Positions 23,456 through 35,363 of a DNA stretch of 64,000 nucleotides are shown piece by piece. Made by a program: the position numbers and the translations under genes. The stretch is from assembly GCA_030704615.1 (NCBI GenBank), contig CM060734.1, positions 12,028,001-12,092,000 on the forward strand, read 5' to 3'. Source of the DNA: Takakia lepidozioides. Lineage: Eukaryota > Plantae > Bryophyta. Numbering within the stretch: the first letter of the stretch is position 1; every line of letters starts with the position of its first letter. The notes under the pieces are model-generated. The model saw only the letters and a program-made list of their open reading frames with translations, ran no database searches and was not told the origin of the DNA.

Positions 23456-24710
23456 GGATGGCATGCATCTGGCTTTTTGTGTATCTTGGCATCGGGAGGT
23501 CAGGTTGGACCTACAACAGGGATGACTGTAGACGGAGTGTCTGAGGACCCTGAGGCTAGTGAGGAGCCAGGTGGTACCCGAGATATACATGAGGATTCGG
23601 CTGTGTTGGACTACCTCCGTACTGGAGACACGGCAGCCACTGTGACTGCCAAGGAGAGGGATCGGATCCTGCAACAAGCCAAGAGGTTCAAGTGGGAGGG
23701 GATACACCTGCTCCGAGTATGGGAGGATGGTCGGGTGAGGATTGTGCCTCACCCCACACAGCGTGCACGGTTAGTGCGGCATGCCCATGAGGAGTTGGGG
23801 CATTTTGGAGTGCGACGCACTCACAGTTTACTGCAGGGGCAGTATTGGTGGCGTGGTATGCATACAAAGGTGCAACAGTTCGTGGCTAGGTGCATGTTGT
23901 GTGACAGGGTGCGTGCTTTATTCAACGCCCCTACATCACAGTTGCATACTTTACCAATCATAAGATTGGGCTACAGGTGGAGTCTTGACTTCGCAGGACC
24001 GTTGTCACTGACTATGCGCCACCACATATATGTGTTGGTGATGGTGGAGCACTTCTCCAAGTGGATTGAGTTGGTCCATTGCCTGACAAGGCTAGTGAGG
24101 GGGCTGCGTATGCATTCTTGGATCGTGTGCTTAGCCGATTCGGTGCTCCAGCTGAGGTACTCACGGACCAAGGGAGAGAGTTCTTGGGGGAGTTTCAGGC
24201 TTTGTGTGATAAAGCCTTGATAGACCACCGCACCACTTCTCGGGATCATCCTGAGGCCGATGGCTTGACAGAGAGAGTTGTTCAGACAGTGAAGAGGGGT
24301 TTGCGCAAGTATGGCTTGCAGACGGGACACCTAGGAGATTGGGATCTTCAGGTGCCTTGGTTAGCCATGGGCTACAGGTTCAGCAAACAAGCATCACTTG
24401 CCTCTTTCTCACCGTATTTCCTTCTCTTTGGCCGAGAGCCGGATTTGCCTGCAGCCATTCGTAGGGACACTGCTCAAGTCCTTAATCTTGACGCCGGACG
24501 TGTGGGTACGTGCATGTGGTCAGTGTACAGAGTTGTTCAAGAAAGTCATGCCCATGGCTTTTGAGAACCTTGGCATTGCACAACACCGTGATACGTTGAG
24601 GTATGTCATTATACATGGTGGAGGATATCGTCATGGGGTTCGGAGGTTTAGCCCTGGTGACTATGTTTATTTACAGCAGACTGCTCTTACGACCTTGGAT
24701 GTCACTGCAT
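23456..24710 (+). mobile_element. Gypsy integrase fragment, frameshifted
   Basis: HAHEELGHFGVRRT...YWWRGM...CMLC zinc finger; WSLDFAGP, LTDQGREF and ADGLTER core motifs. Confidence 0.9.
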
Positions 24711-24938
24711 GACATGGGAGGCCAAGCTCATATGAGTCAATACACGAGATCCCAGGCTCAAGTTCACAGGTTGCAAGACAGCGACTAACGATGGGACAAC
24801 TCTTGCACCCGGCCTCTTGATCTATCGAGTTTGAGTGTAGTAGGGACAGTGGTGGAGGACTTAGTGAGGCTATCATCACTATCACATCTTGTGGCTACCT
24901 GGACTTAGAGGGACCTAAGCACCAGCTAGGGGGGCAAT

Positions 24939-25632
24939 TGTGTGGACTACTGACTGCCATAGTGGGCAGCATAGCGGCAGCCTAGTGACTGATTAGTTGT
25001 AGCCTAGTGGTTGGACTAGTGGCTGGACTAGTGGTGGACTAGTGGTATACTAGTGTGTGGCGTGCATATGTGTTGTGTGGTTTTGGACAGCGATGTAGTT
25101 GTGTAGCGATATGTATGCGCACGACAGCTGTCAAGTTATTTTACCACTAGTGTGAAACTTGCTAGGAAATAGCTAGCTTTTACATATTGACATTTGGGAT
25201 TGGCCCAAGTGTCAATTCAGGGGTCAAGGCAGATTTAGGCCCTGGAGTGGTTATCTTCACGGCAAGCGCGGGAGGCTAATCTTTCTCGAGTTGAGTCTCA
25301 CCGCGCCTAGCTATGGCACCATAGTATGGATTCCCCATGGCGTAGGGTGCACTTGGCTTGACTTGTATTTGAGTGATGAGGTTATATATGCATGAGTTCA
25401 TGCTTCAGCTTTGTGAGCTCGCATGAGCTTGTGCTTGTATTCTTCTTCTTTATCATTGTGTGGACTAGTGACTGCCATAGTGGGCAGCATAGTGGCAGCC
25501 TAGTGACTGACTAGTTATAGCCTAGTGGTTGGACTAGTGGTGGACTAGTGGTGGACTAGTGTGTGGCGTGCACATGTATTGTGTGGTTTTGGACAGCAAT
25601 GTAGTTGTGTAGCGATATGTATGCGCACGACA
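24939..25632 (+). repeat. LTR-like region with ~185-bp terminal direct repeats, after a PPT-like CTAGGGGGGCAAT
   Basis: TGTGTGGACTA...ATGCGCACGACA at 24939-25125 is repeated at ~25457-25632; TATA-like TTATATAT at ~25382 between them. Confidence 0.6.
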
Positions 25633-25649
25633 GAGTTAATGTCTCCATA

Positions 25650-26000
25650 GACCAAGAACATCTGGCCTTCCATAGATGCCATAGAGTGGCCTCCCCGAGT
25701 GCTTCAAAAACCGGACACTCGACGGCGATGGACTTAGCATTTTTGTCATAGTTGAGAAGTAGCACAACCCGATTGGATGGGAAAGGTTCCCAGGCACTGT
25801 ACAAAGACGCTACTAAAGGCCAGATCAGCAGTGAAGCCTGACAGTGGATGAGGCAGTGCTTAAGTGTCTCAATGGAACCTAAGTGGCAGCAAGAGCAGAG
25901 TAATGCCTCTGGAAAATTCAGGAACCGATCCACTTTAAAGCACTCTATTTGCAATCTGCCACAAGAATGCACTGACTTTGGTTGGTTTTTTCTTATCCAA
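25650..26000 (-). mobile_element. L1-type LINE ORF2 C-terminal (zf-RVT) fragment
   Basis: KVSAFLWQIANRVL...CSCCHLGSIETLKHCLIHC...LWHLWKARC, typical of the plant L1 C-terminus. Confidence 0.8.
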
Positions 26001-27421
26001 ATTAATTCGTAAGTTGTTTTTTTTTTTTTTTTTTCTTCGGTTAACCCTTAAGTTCCCAAGCGACCTGAATCGGGTCACTTCGAATTTGCAGTTCGACCTA
26101 ATTTTTGCAGATATCATCTGATGCCCAACCCTGAAGCTTTAACGACAAGGGATTTGTCTCGAGTATGATGCAAAAAACAAAATTAAAAAAAAACAAAAGC
26201 TACGACCTACAAAAAATATCTTAGATCTCTCATTTACATTTTGGGGCCTGAAAAGGGCTCGTTGACCGTTGACGTGGCAGGTAAACAAGCCCAAAACAGA
26301 TTGCACTCCAAAGGCCATTTTTGGCAGAAATTAGCAATTTTGGAGAAAAACATTTCACCTTGTGGTGTGTGAGCATTACATACACACATCCACCATTGGC
26401 TTTTAAAATTTTCGTAGAAAAAAAAGTACTTCATGTGGAGGCACATTTTCTCTTGTCAATTTTGAGATTTCAACCCCTATGTTATTGCATGCAAAGCAAG
26501 CATAGGTGAAAAAATCAGTTGGACCTGCGATTTAGTGGGGTCATAGCCACCCCACTATTGATTTGGAAATGGTGGGTCTTGGGGCAAGCAAAATTGGATA
26601 AAGCTAGGTTTTGATTTGGTCAAACCAATTTCTTTCTCATTTTTTTTTTGGGACTGATATTTGAGGTCCGGGCCAACGCTATAATCTCACAATTTCCACG
26701 GTGGACTTGGCTCATGTTTTGTTATGTCATGCATAAATGAGCTGGGCCCACTGCTAAGGCTAGAATCTGTGGATGATTTTTGGTAGGTTTCTAGGGGCAA
26801 TTTACTGCAGCTGGGTACCCAAAATTGGTAAAATGTCAAAAAAGGGCTTGGGAACTTAAGGGTTAACATGGAGATCCCTGTTTTTTTTCTTTTAATGAAG
26901 TATATTAGAAGTATATTAGAAACTTCATCAGGCAACGAACTTGAATTCCCATTGGTTCATTGACGTCAACTGTAAAATAATACAAATATCCGAGTCTAGA
27001 CTCGAGGTTTGGGAGATGCCGGGCCTGAACATGCATGCACGCATGCATGTGGTCATGGGCACATTCATAGGTGCCATACTCTGTTCTTCCTAAACCCTTC
27101 TCTCTCTCCCTTTCTCGATCAGTAAAAGCCACAGCGCTCTCTGTTTTCTGTCACATTCTTCAATAAAAGAGACTATCGTCTGCCTCACACTGCGTGCTGT
27201 TTCTCCTCCGGAAATCTCAAAATTTCCCAGTCCTACACTGTACTGATCACATACATAGCACGTTTGTCTCTGACACGGCATTGATGCTTAGGATTCGGCA
27301 GTCAGCCGGGGGCTTCGTCAGACTAGCATGGTCGGAAGGGGATTGCGTGCGGGAGCAGCACATGTGAGGCTGTAGGGATTGTAAAATCAGGAATTTCACT
27401 TCAGCATCTTCATTTGGCGCA

Positions 27422-30400
27422 ATGGTCGGCTTCGAGATGAACGACCGGAAAAGTAGGCGACCACTCCTGCTCGTCTCTGTCTCTGCTCCTATCTCGCTGC
27501 ATTAGTTTTAGTAGATCTGTATCGAAAGAATCTAGAGTTGTTGTCACGGTTGAATGTCTCATCTTCGATTCTTGAGGAAAATAGCAGAGGAGATTTGGTG
27601 CTTAGTTTTCAAAGTAATTTTGTTGCTTCAATACTAGTTAGTGTAGTCACTAATGTGATATTAACCTGCGTCAATCCATTAGCTGAAAATGTGGTCGACA
27701 TACAGCTACTATTCAAAGCAGCTTGATGCGAAGGTGGAACCTTTCAGTGTGTTGATTTTCCATCTTTCTTTCGTCTCGTAATCAATGTCGTAATTGACTC
27801 CACATTTGATTTGTGTCCAATCGGGCCTAGTTGATGGTGCTCAGTGAGGCTCTCAATGGCTTTCTCTAATTCCCAGCCAAGCCGAAACTGGACCCTTAGT
27901 ACAGGAAAGCTATCGCTAATTGGAAGGCAGAGATTTGAGCTCAATATACTTTTTGTTTTCATTCAAGGTGTTTCTCGCTAATTGTTTACGGAATTGTCCT
28001 AAAGCTGAACATACATGCACCAGTCTTTTAAGCTAGTAGCAGGAAGCTTGGTTAGTAGTGATTATTAACTGGAAAAATGTTGATCAAACTTACAGGTGGA
28101 TGACCCCATCAAAACACTGTGATCTAATCCTCACTAGCTGATGGTTGTATCTGGATGGAGTATATGAGACATATCATTACTTTTCTTCTCTTATGCTAAC
28201 ACCTGAATCCATGGCATCTGTGAGCTAAACAGGGTGGCCTGGGTGGATGGTACAGAGATTGGGATCGGGCTCACAGGTTTTGGGGTCCTGTTCTCGTTCC
28301 TTGGCATCATCTTCTTCTTCGACAGAGGTCTTCTGGCCATGGGGAATGTAAAGCTCTGCTATATTTGTGTTGGTGTCTCTTTCTGTCACAAATACAGGAG
28401 ACAATGTCAGCCCTGTGGCAACCGGAGATGGAAATTTGGCCTAAGTTCCATGTCCTGGTGCATTAAAATCCCCATAATTGGCTCCAAGGGGGTATATGTC
28501 TGACTGCCTACGACCTGTTCACAACCATCTTGTCTGTGTTAGTCCTGATGGATGCATTTTGAAATGACTTTCCATATGGCTGGCGGGATAAAATTCACAG
28601 AGCATTTCACAGCAAAACTTCACCTGTTTTAATCTTGTGTGACATACACATTTGGCTGACAGGCGTATTGCAGATTCTTTTTGTTGCAGGAGTAACACTC
28701 ACGATTGGCTTCAAGTCAACCATATCCTTCTTTCTCAAGCCTCGCAACTACAAGGTGCTTAATGGTAGCCACAACAGATAACCCTCAGCCAGAATAGCTG
28801 AGATCTCAGGTCTTGTATAAGAATAGGGCATGAGATTACGCTACTTTGAAGTCATGATGATCTGAAAAGTTGAGTCATGCTTATTGACAAATGCTCCTTG
28901 AATCTGGGGGTACATGCAGGGGTCCATATCATTTGCAGTAGGCTTCTGCCTGGTTCTGGTTGGTTGGACGGTTGTGGGCATGCTGCTGGAGGCATATGGC
29001 TTTATCGTTCTTTTCAGGTAAGCTGCACCTGGCCATATGTGCTCACAATGTTGGCCATGATTTGCCTCAAGGTTCTTGCATAGCCAGCCTTCACAAGGAA
29101 CAGTCTAGATTGCTCTCTTCTCTCTCTCTCTCTCTCCATCCCTGTTCTCCCCTCCTACACCTATCTTGGCGTTGAGTTTTCCTCCAACTGTAATTGGGAA
29201 GCACATATTCAAAGAGTGGTTCAATCTGGCAAACGCAAAGTGCTGGGGCTCACTAAATTTTTCCACTGCAGAGGGATCAACTCTGAAGTAAAAAAAACCA
29301 TGCTTTGCCGCGTTATCAGGCCGGCCTTGGAGTATGCATCTGCTGTATGGGTTGATAACTCCAACCAGGCTAAGTCTCTTGAATCCATCCAAGTCGGGGT
29401 GCTCAAGGAGTGCATGTCAGCATGCTCCAAAACAGCTAATGTGGCTGTTCGGGATGGGTTTGGCATTCCTCCCTTAAGCTCCCGACGCGATGAATTCAAA
29501 AATCAGATGGTGGGGTCAGCTTCAACGGATGGCTAATACCAGATATCCTAAGTTGATCGATTCTATATCTTGGAAGCAGGAACACCCTGTCAAACAGGCT
29601 AAATCCTGGCGGAAAAGGGTAGAAGAGATTTTCAAGGATCTGCATCTTAGTCCACTAGCCATGACCCTGCTGGATAAATCTGGCTTAGAAGCTGAAGTTT
29701 CCAAAGCAATGTCTATTGCCAGGAAATTGTCTGAAGAAAATGAAGTTAGGCAGAAAACTTCCCTGAACCTGTTCCAGTCTGTGACATGGGTGAGGCCATC
29801 ATGGATGACCTCAAGGGTCTACCACCCTCGGCACTAGACTGAAATTCAAACTCAGGGCGGGTAGCCTACCTTTGAACAACAAACAGTCGCAGAGAGGAAA
29901 GGGGGATTGTAAGTGCCCGTTGTGTGGGCAACCTGAAGACAATATTCACTTCCTGTTTCATTGTCCTGGGTACTCTCAACAACGGGACACCCTCTTCAAT
30001 GCCATCAAGGAAATTGTGCCTGTACCTCTGTTTAACAACTTCGAAAATCTTGAGGCTGAGCCAAAAGCCCAGGCCCTTTTGGGGTCTAGCTATTGGGCAA
30101 ATCACACACATCAGATTGACGCTTGTGTGAAGGGATTTCTGGAGGATATCTGGAAATCTCGGATCAACTGTTTATTCCAAGGTAAATCATACTACCGGCG
30201 TCAGCCCCTGACAAAGGTAGTTTCTGTCCCTTTATGTTCCGCTCAAACTGGGCGCGGGGTCAATGGCCACAAGGCTACGGCAAACAATGTCTTATGAGTA
30301 CATTCTCTCTCCATTGGCAGTGTGTAAGGTTCTTCTGGCTCCTCTGACTCTGTGCCCTGCTTCCATTTTGCAGTGGCTTCTGGCCAACGGTGGTGGTATT

Positions 30401-30867
30401 TCTCTATAGAGTCCCTGTTCTGGGCTGGTTTCTTCAGCAGCCTTTCTTATTGGCGGTGAGATATCAAGACACTGCTATACCATGGCCGTAGTCTTTTCTG
30501 ACTCTTGCTCCTTCCATTTATTCTCAGGCATATGAAGTTCGTTTTTCATTCTTTCTATCCCTTGAGCAGTAGTTGCTTTGGGGCTGCTTTCTGGCTCTGG
30601 TTTTGTCTCCTCTCCCTTGTTTTTTTCCCTTGTTTTTTTTCCATTTTGTCCCATAAGCTCTTCGAGCTTTCCGCGGCCGTTATAAAGTACCATTTCATTT
30701 CATCTCATTTCTTTCTTTTCGCTGATTTGCCTCACTGCTTGAGAATCTTGATTAACTGGATTATGTTGGAAATGACCACAAAGTGAAAGAGAAGCTGACT
30801 AAAGCACCTGGTGGAACTGTTGTGGCAGTTTTTTGACCGGTTCCGAGAACGAAGGGTGCCTGTTTGA
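27422..30867 (+). CDS. GOT1: Got1/Sft2-family vesicle transport protein GOT1, 140 aa, 6 exons (27422-27452, 28256-28347, 28674-28754, 28920-29017, 30374-30455, 30829-30867)
   Basis: All introns GT-AG; spliced CDS is 423 nt and in frame: MVGFEMNDRKKIGIGLTGFGVLFSFLGIIFFFDRGLLAMGNILFVAGVTLTIGFKSTISFFLKPRNYKGSISFAVGFCLVLVGWTVVGMLLEAYGFIVLFSGFWPTVVVFLYRVPVLGWFLQQPFLLAFFDRFRERRVPV*, matching plant GOT1. Confidence 0.96.
29140..30303 (+). mobile_element. 5'-truncated non-L1 LINE (RTE/RTEX-like) in GOT1 intron 4
   Basis: YLGVEF...VIRPALEYASAVW...ANVAVRDGFGIPPL RT thumb region; C-terminal CPLCGQPEDNIHFLFHCP zinc finger; flanked by direct repeat TCTCTCTCCAT (29129-29139 and 30304-30314). Clade assignment is tentative. 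Confidence 0.85.
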
Positions 30868-31791
30868 TGGCACCAAAGCTTTTGCTGCAAGTTCTCCGGA
30901 AGTTGAGTCTTCCGGATGTTACGTAAACATTCCAGCATGCTTTGCTTCATTTTTCCATGGGTGTAAAATGTAGATCCGATTAATTTGTGAAGTGCCAGAG
31001 CTAGAGTTGTCTTCATCAGAAGCATTACTCATTGTGGGCAAGCTCCCTCTCTCTTTTACAAACCCCCACCCCCCCCACCTGCACATCTGCAAGCAACAAT
31101 ATATCAACTCTCTTTGTCAGTTATCCTAGGCTGCAGTGGCAGTTTCAAGCTTGGTGGTAGAATATCCCACAACAATCCCTGGAATGCAAGATACTCAGCA
31201 GTAAGGAATTTGGCCATGGTCAGGGTCAACGAATTTGACTATATATATATATTTATATATGCATATGTTAACTTTTTTGTTTGGTCTTTTTGTTTTTTTT
31301 GTTTTTTCCAAAGAGGGGACAGCGGCCCTCAAGAAATATCATTTATAAAGGGGAAAAAAAAAAACCACCAGGGAGTCATGGAGTATATACACTTCGCGTC
31401 TCAAGAGACAAAGAGAACAGTCAAAGCGAGGAACGATAGAGCTCAACACAGGGGGTGCAACCAGAGATGCAACCAGAGAATATAGAAGTTGTGTGGAGAG
31501 GAAGTGAGGGGAGAATGAGTCTCCTTGGATACCCCCCCTCCCCTTTTTCATTATTCCACGACACGTGGAGAAGGAGGCCATTGGTTGGGTGGGGGTTATT
31601 TTTTACCGCGATTTCTGTGAGGTCGTTGCAGAATGTTTTCATAGGCCTTCCTCTGGCTTCAGGATCATTTTATTTTACAAAATTAGCTTTTAGGAATTAT
31701 TCTGACACCTACTTAAACTCGTTTAGGGTGAAGGGTTTAGAACTACGTTTTATTAGTAAACCTCGTTTAGTGTTGCTTTGATTGTTGCAGA

Positions 31792-32395
31792 ATGACAGAG
31801 GGCCAGAACGATGAACGTCATGGAAGAGATGACCCCAATGAACATGGACCTTCCCCTAAGAAAATCAAAGGGTAAAGGCAAGACTTGAATAAGGAAGTAT
31901 ATGGTGACCCTGGTATACTTGCAGAAGAGGGCTGGGAGGATGTTCCGGAAGAGTTCAGGTGGCCGATGGCGAGATGCAAAAAATTCGTGAAGTGGTACCA
32001 CATCAATCGATTGTGGCCTTTAGATAGGCATGACGTGCAAACCCGAAACAATTACACAGAATCCAGGTCTTGAACGAAAAGGGCCAACTCCCGTACACCT
32101 TGGCAGCCATGTTATACGTGGAGGTCATACTGTTGCGTTCAGTGAATTGGCAAACTGCTAGTAGGAAGAACGCAAGGATGCTATACGATTTGGAGTACAT
32201 CCCGGACACGTTTGGAATACAACCGGCTGCAACGTTAGAAGAACAACTGGTGGAAAGAGACCAGCGAATCAGGACCCTGCAGGACCGACTAGACTGACAA
32301 AAACTATGCATAGCCGAGTTGGAAGTTAGATTGCAAGACATGCCTCCAAACAATGAAGGCACTGTTGTCCACAATGAGGATCGAACAAACGTTGT
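31792..32395 (+). pseudogene. Frameshifted TE-associated hypothetical ORF
   Basis: Fragments NKEVYGDPGIL...KWYHINRLWPL and LPYTLAAMLYVEVILLRSVNW plus a coiled-coil tail; no firm domain call. Confidence 0.3.
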
Positions 32396-32399
32396 GGAC

Positions 32400-32735
32400 A
32401 GAAGAAAACTTCCCTGAACCTGTTTCCAGTCTGTGACATGGGGGAGGACATCATAGATGTGCTCAAGGGTCTATCCCACTCTCGGCACCAGACTGAAATT
32501 TAAACTCGGGGCAGGAAGCCTACCTTTGAACAGTAAACAGAAGCAGAGAGGAAATGGAGAGTGCAATTGCCCATGGTGTGGGCAACCTGAAGACAATATT
32601 CATTTTCTGATACACTGTCCGGGGTTCTCTTACCAAAGAGACGCTCTCTTCAAATCTATCAAGGGAATTGTGCCTATACCTCTGTTTACCAACTTTGAAA
32701 GTCTCGAGGCTGAGCCAAAACCCCAGCCCCTTCTG
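32400..32735 (+). mobile_element. Second fragment of the same LINE family as 29140-30303
   Basis: AGAAAACTTCCCTGAACCTG...GAGGCTGAGCCAAAA closely matches 29752-30066. Confidence 0.85.
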
Positions 32736-32738
32736 CTC

Positions 32739-32740
<2 letters not shown>

Positions 32741-32772
<32 letters not shown>

Positions 32773-33300
32773 CGGTTTCGTCATCTCTTCCTCTCTTCCC
32801 TCTCTCCCTCTCACTTTTGGTGTGCTTCCGCCAAAATCTTTTCTCTCTCTCTCTAATCTTCTCTGTAAAAACACATTGAGTCTAACTGGCATCCATGTAT
32901 CCACTGTAAGAAAGCAAGCAGCCAAAGAAGGAGCAACGAGAATGGTTGTCCCACCTCTAGAGTCTATAATTGTAGGGTTCCACCAAGCAGAGGCAGAAAG
33001 CCAGAGTGATTGCCCTAAAGAAGCAATTTTCCTAGCGTTAAGCTTGTGCTCTTGCAATAACAGAATACTATTGAGAAGTAGAAGAGATGAGGCCCAATTT
33101 CTTATTCTACTGCGCTTAGGCACGGATGCCTCGGAGCCAATTCCCCTGATATTCCTAGAATACACTTTCCAACTCATGGAGGCAGAACTGTAAAGCCCGT
33201 GATTGGGTCACGATTTGATGGCTGGAGGGGGGTAACTTTGAACGTCAGTCGGGGGTCGGCAGGAAGAAGAGAAGGCATCCATTTGTAACCCGGTGGAGCC
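32741..33300 (-). mobile_element. L1-type LINE fragment: ORF2 AP-endonuclease N-terminus joined to a poly(A) tail
   Basis: SRNIRGIG...LLLQEHK...SRGGTTILV are APE motifs; T-run of about 30 nt at 32741-32772. Confidence 0.75.
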
Positions 33301-33580
33301 AAAACTTTCAAGGAGCCCACAAACCAAATATTGACACAGTCAGGGCATGAGACAGCAATCTCCATAAAACCCCGGACTGACTGGCCTCCACCAAAAGAGG
33401 CTTTGGCAACTACAAGTACAAAGTAATGAAAATAGTAAAGAGATGGAGAGGAAGAATAGAAGCCCGACCAAGCAAGATCTAATCCTGATCTATGCTATCA
33501 ACTGCCAGACTTCTCTCAAAGTGCCTCGCTCTGCATGATGGTAAGGTGTAGGAGGTATATCTATGTCCAGAAACCTGCCA

Positions 33581-33688
33581 CAGCCAAAGCTTCGAGTTGG
33601 CCCGGCGGCCAGTTTGGGAGTTAGGCGCGCACATCAAATCGAGTAACTATGACTTGAAGGGGAGCTTACGGAAGTGAGGTGCGCGACA
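33581..33688 (+). repeat. 3' end (U5) remnant of the same LTR family as 794-1519
   Basis: CAGCC(A)AAGCT...GAGTAACTATGACTTGAAGGGGAGCTTAC(G)GAAGTGAGGTGCGCGACA matches 1412-1519; no PBS follows. Confidence 0.9.
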
Positions 33689-35051
33689 GCATATATACAA
33701 CCATGCAGGCACCCAATTCTCTGATCAACCATCTATCACAAGGATTCCCCCCACAACCTTCACCGCATGTGCCCTCTCCCTACAGCAAAGAACCCATCTG
33801 GTATTCTTTTCGTCTCATAGCTTACAACATTACACGAACACAATTACTTCCTAAGGTCACGTACTTCTTTTATTTATGCAAGTGCACATCAACAATCCAC
33901 AGCCAAGCATCAACACTCCGTCCAATAACAAGGCTTAGCTGCAGAGGGCTTGCCCACACTCTCTTATATCAAACCCACATTACCGGTTTGCACAATACGA
34001 TAAATTCTCATTGTAGCCCTTTCAACACCAACAGAATTCCCTACATCTCCAGCGATTCTACCGGCTACTTGCCTATCTCCACACTGTCCTTGAGAGAATC
34101 ACACCATAGTATGTTGAAAGCAACAAAACCCGCCTCCGAAGATGTCACGTACACACTCCTCCCAAAAAGACTGCTCTTGCCGCCATCCCCCTGGCACCAC
34201 GCACAACCACGATTATTACAACCTAATGTGTTTTACCTGATTCCCCTCATATCGTGCCACAAAGGTGACTCCCCTCTCCCTTACATCACAACAACAGCCC
34301 CTACTGCTCCATCACACTTCATAACACACCCTCATCCCCCAAATGGGATAACTACTCCGTCTCTCTGTAAAATCCATTCTCCCAAACATTCTCTCTTAAC
34401 TGTATATGCCACAACCACATTGTCACTCACCAATATCTTAACCGCCATGTTAACGTCGCCCTGCTACATCCACGCATACACGGCCCACTGTCACATAAAA
34501 CTAACGCCCATATTCAACATGCATAGCCCCCACTAGCATTACATCTATCATTACTTCCTCAAACTCGAATTATTAGCTCTGCCCGCCACAAAGCCAATCT
34601 CTCCTTCTGCACACAAACCACCTCTTCGTCTACTCCCCACTGACGGGGCCACCACATCACCCTGCACAAGGATTAAACTCCCCCATCCCTTCCATCATGT
34701 TAATAAGACACAAATACTGTCGTTGCGTACTCTGCTAACGGCCACACTTAAACCCCTCCGATGCCCAAGCCGGCACCACAATAAAAGCTATCACCCCTGC
34801 GTTATAATCTGCCTCCTCATACCGGCCGCCACGTTAAATGTGCCCCTCTCTCTCACCATTCTTATATATCCCCACAACACCAGCTACAAGAACTCATCTC
34901 CTCCTAGCTTCACTCACGTTGATCACACTCTCCTCCCAGCCGTTTCTCCATCTCTCTCCCTGTTCAGGGTATCACTACGTATATCTAGTTCTAAATCCTA
35001 TAGCATTCAAAAGCAAGCTGGTGTGGGGCTCAGAATTGACGTGTCTGTCGA

Positions 35052-35315
35052 TTACAAGGACATGCGGTTTGTTACACCAAAGGTGTACACGCTGGGATTT
35101 TTGTAGGTGAGCAAGGCCAGCCCTGAGTGTTTGTGCTTCTCCGTTGGGGCAACTTTGCTAAAGTGAATCTGTGCCAAGTTGTCTTTGCCGAAGATACTGC
35201 GAAACGCAGCTTCCGTCGCGGACTGAGAGTGCAGCTGGTTGAGATTTTTTACCACTAATGTAAGTGCGTCGCGTTCTGCTACCGCTTCCTGAGGTGTCGC
35301 TATAATCCCAAGCAT
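35052..35315 (-). other. Possible RRM-like fragment (LINE ORF1-like)
   Basis: TLVVKNL (RNP2-like) and HSGLALLTY (RNP1-like) with suitable spacing; weak. Confidence 0.25.
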
Positions 35316-35363
35316 ATTAGCCCATCAATTGCGAGGCTGTGGCTTAATCAGGGTGTGGCCGAC

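Noticed and set aside
33679-34536. 285-aa ORF as a real gene
   Set aside because: The region is strongly C/A-skewed and G-poor, which suppresses TAG/TGA stops; the product is H/T/P/S-rich with no motif and starts inside an LTR remnant.
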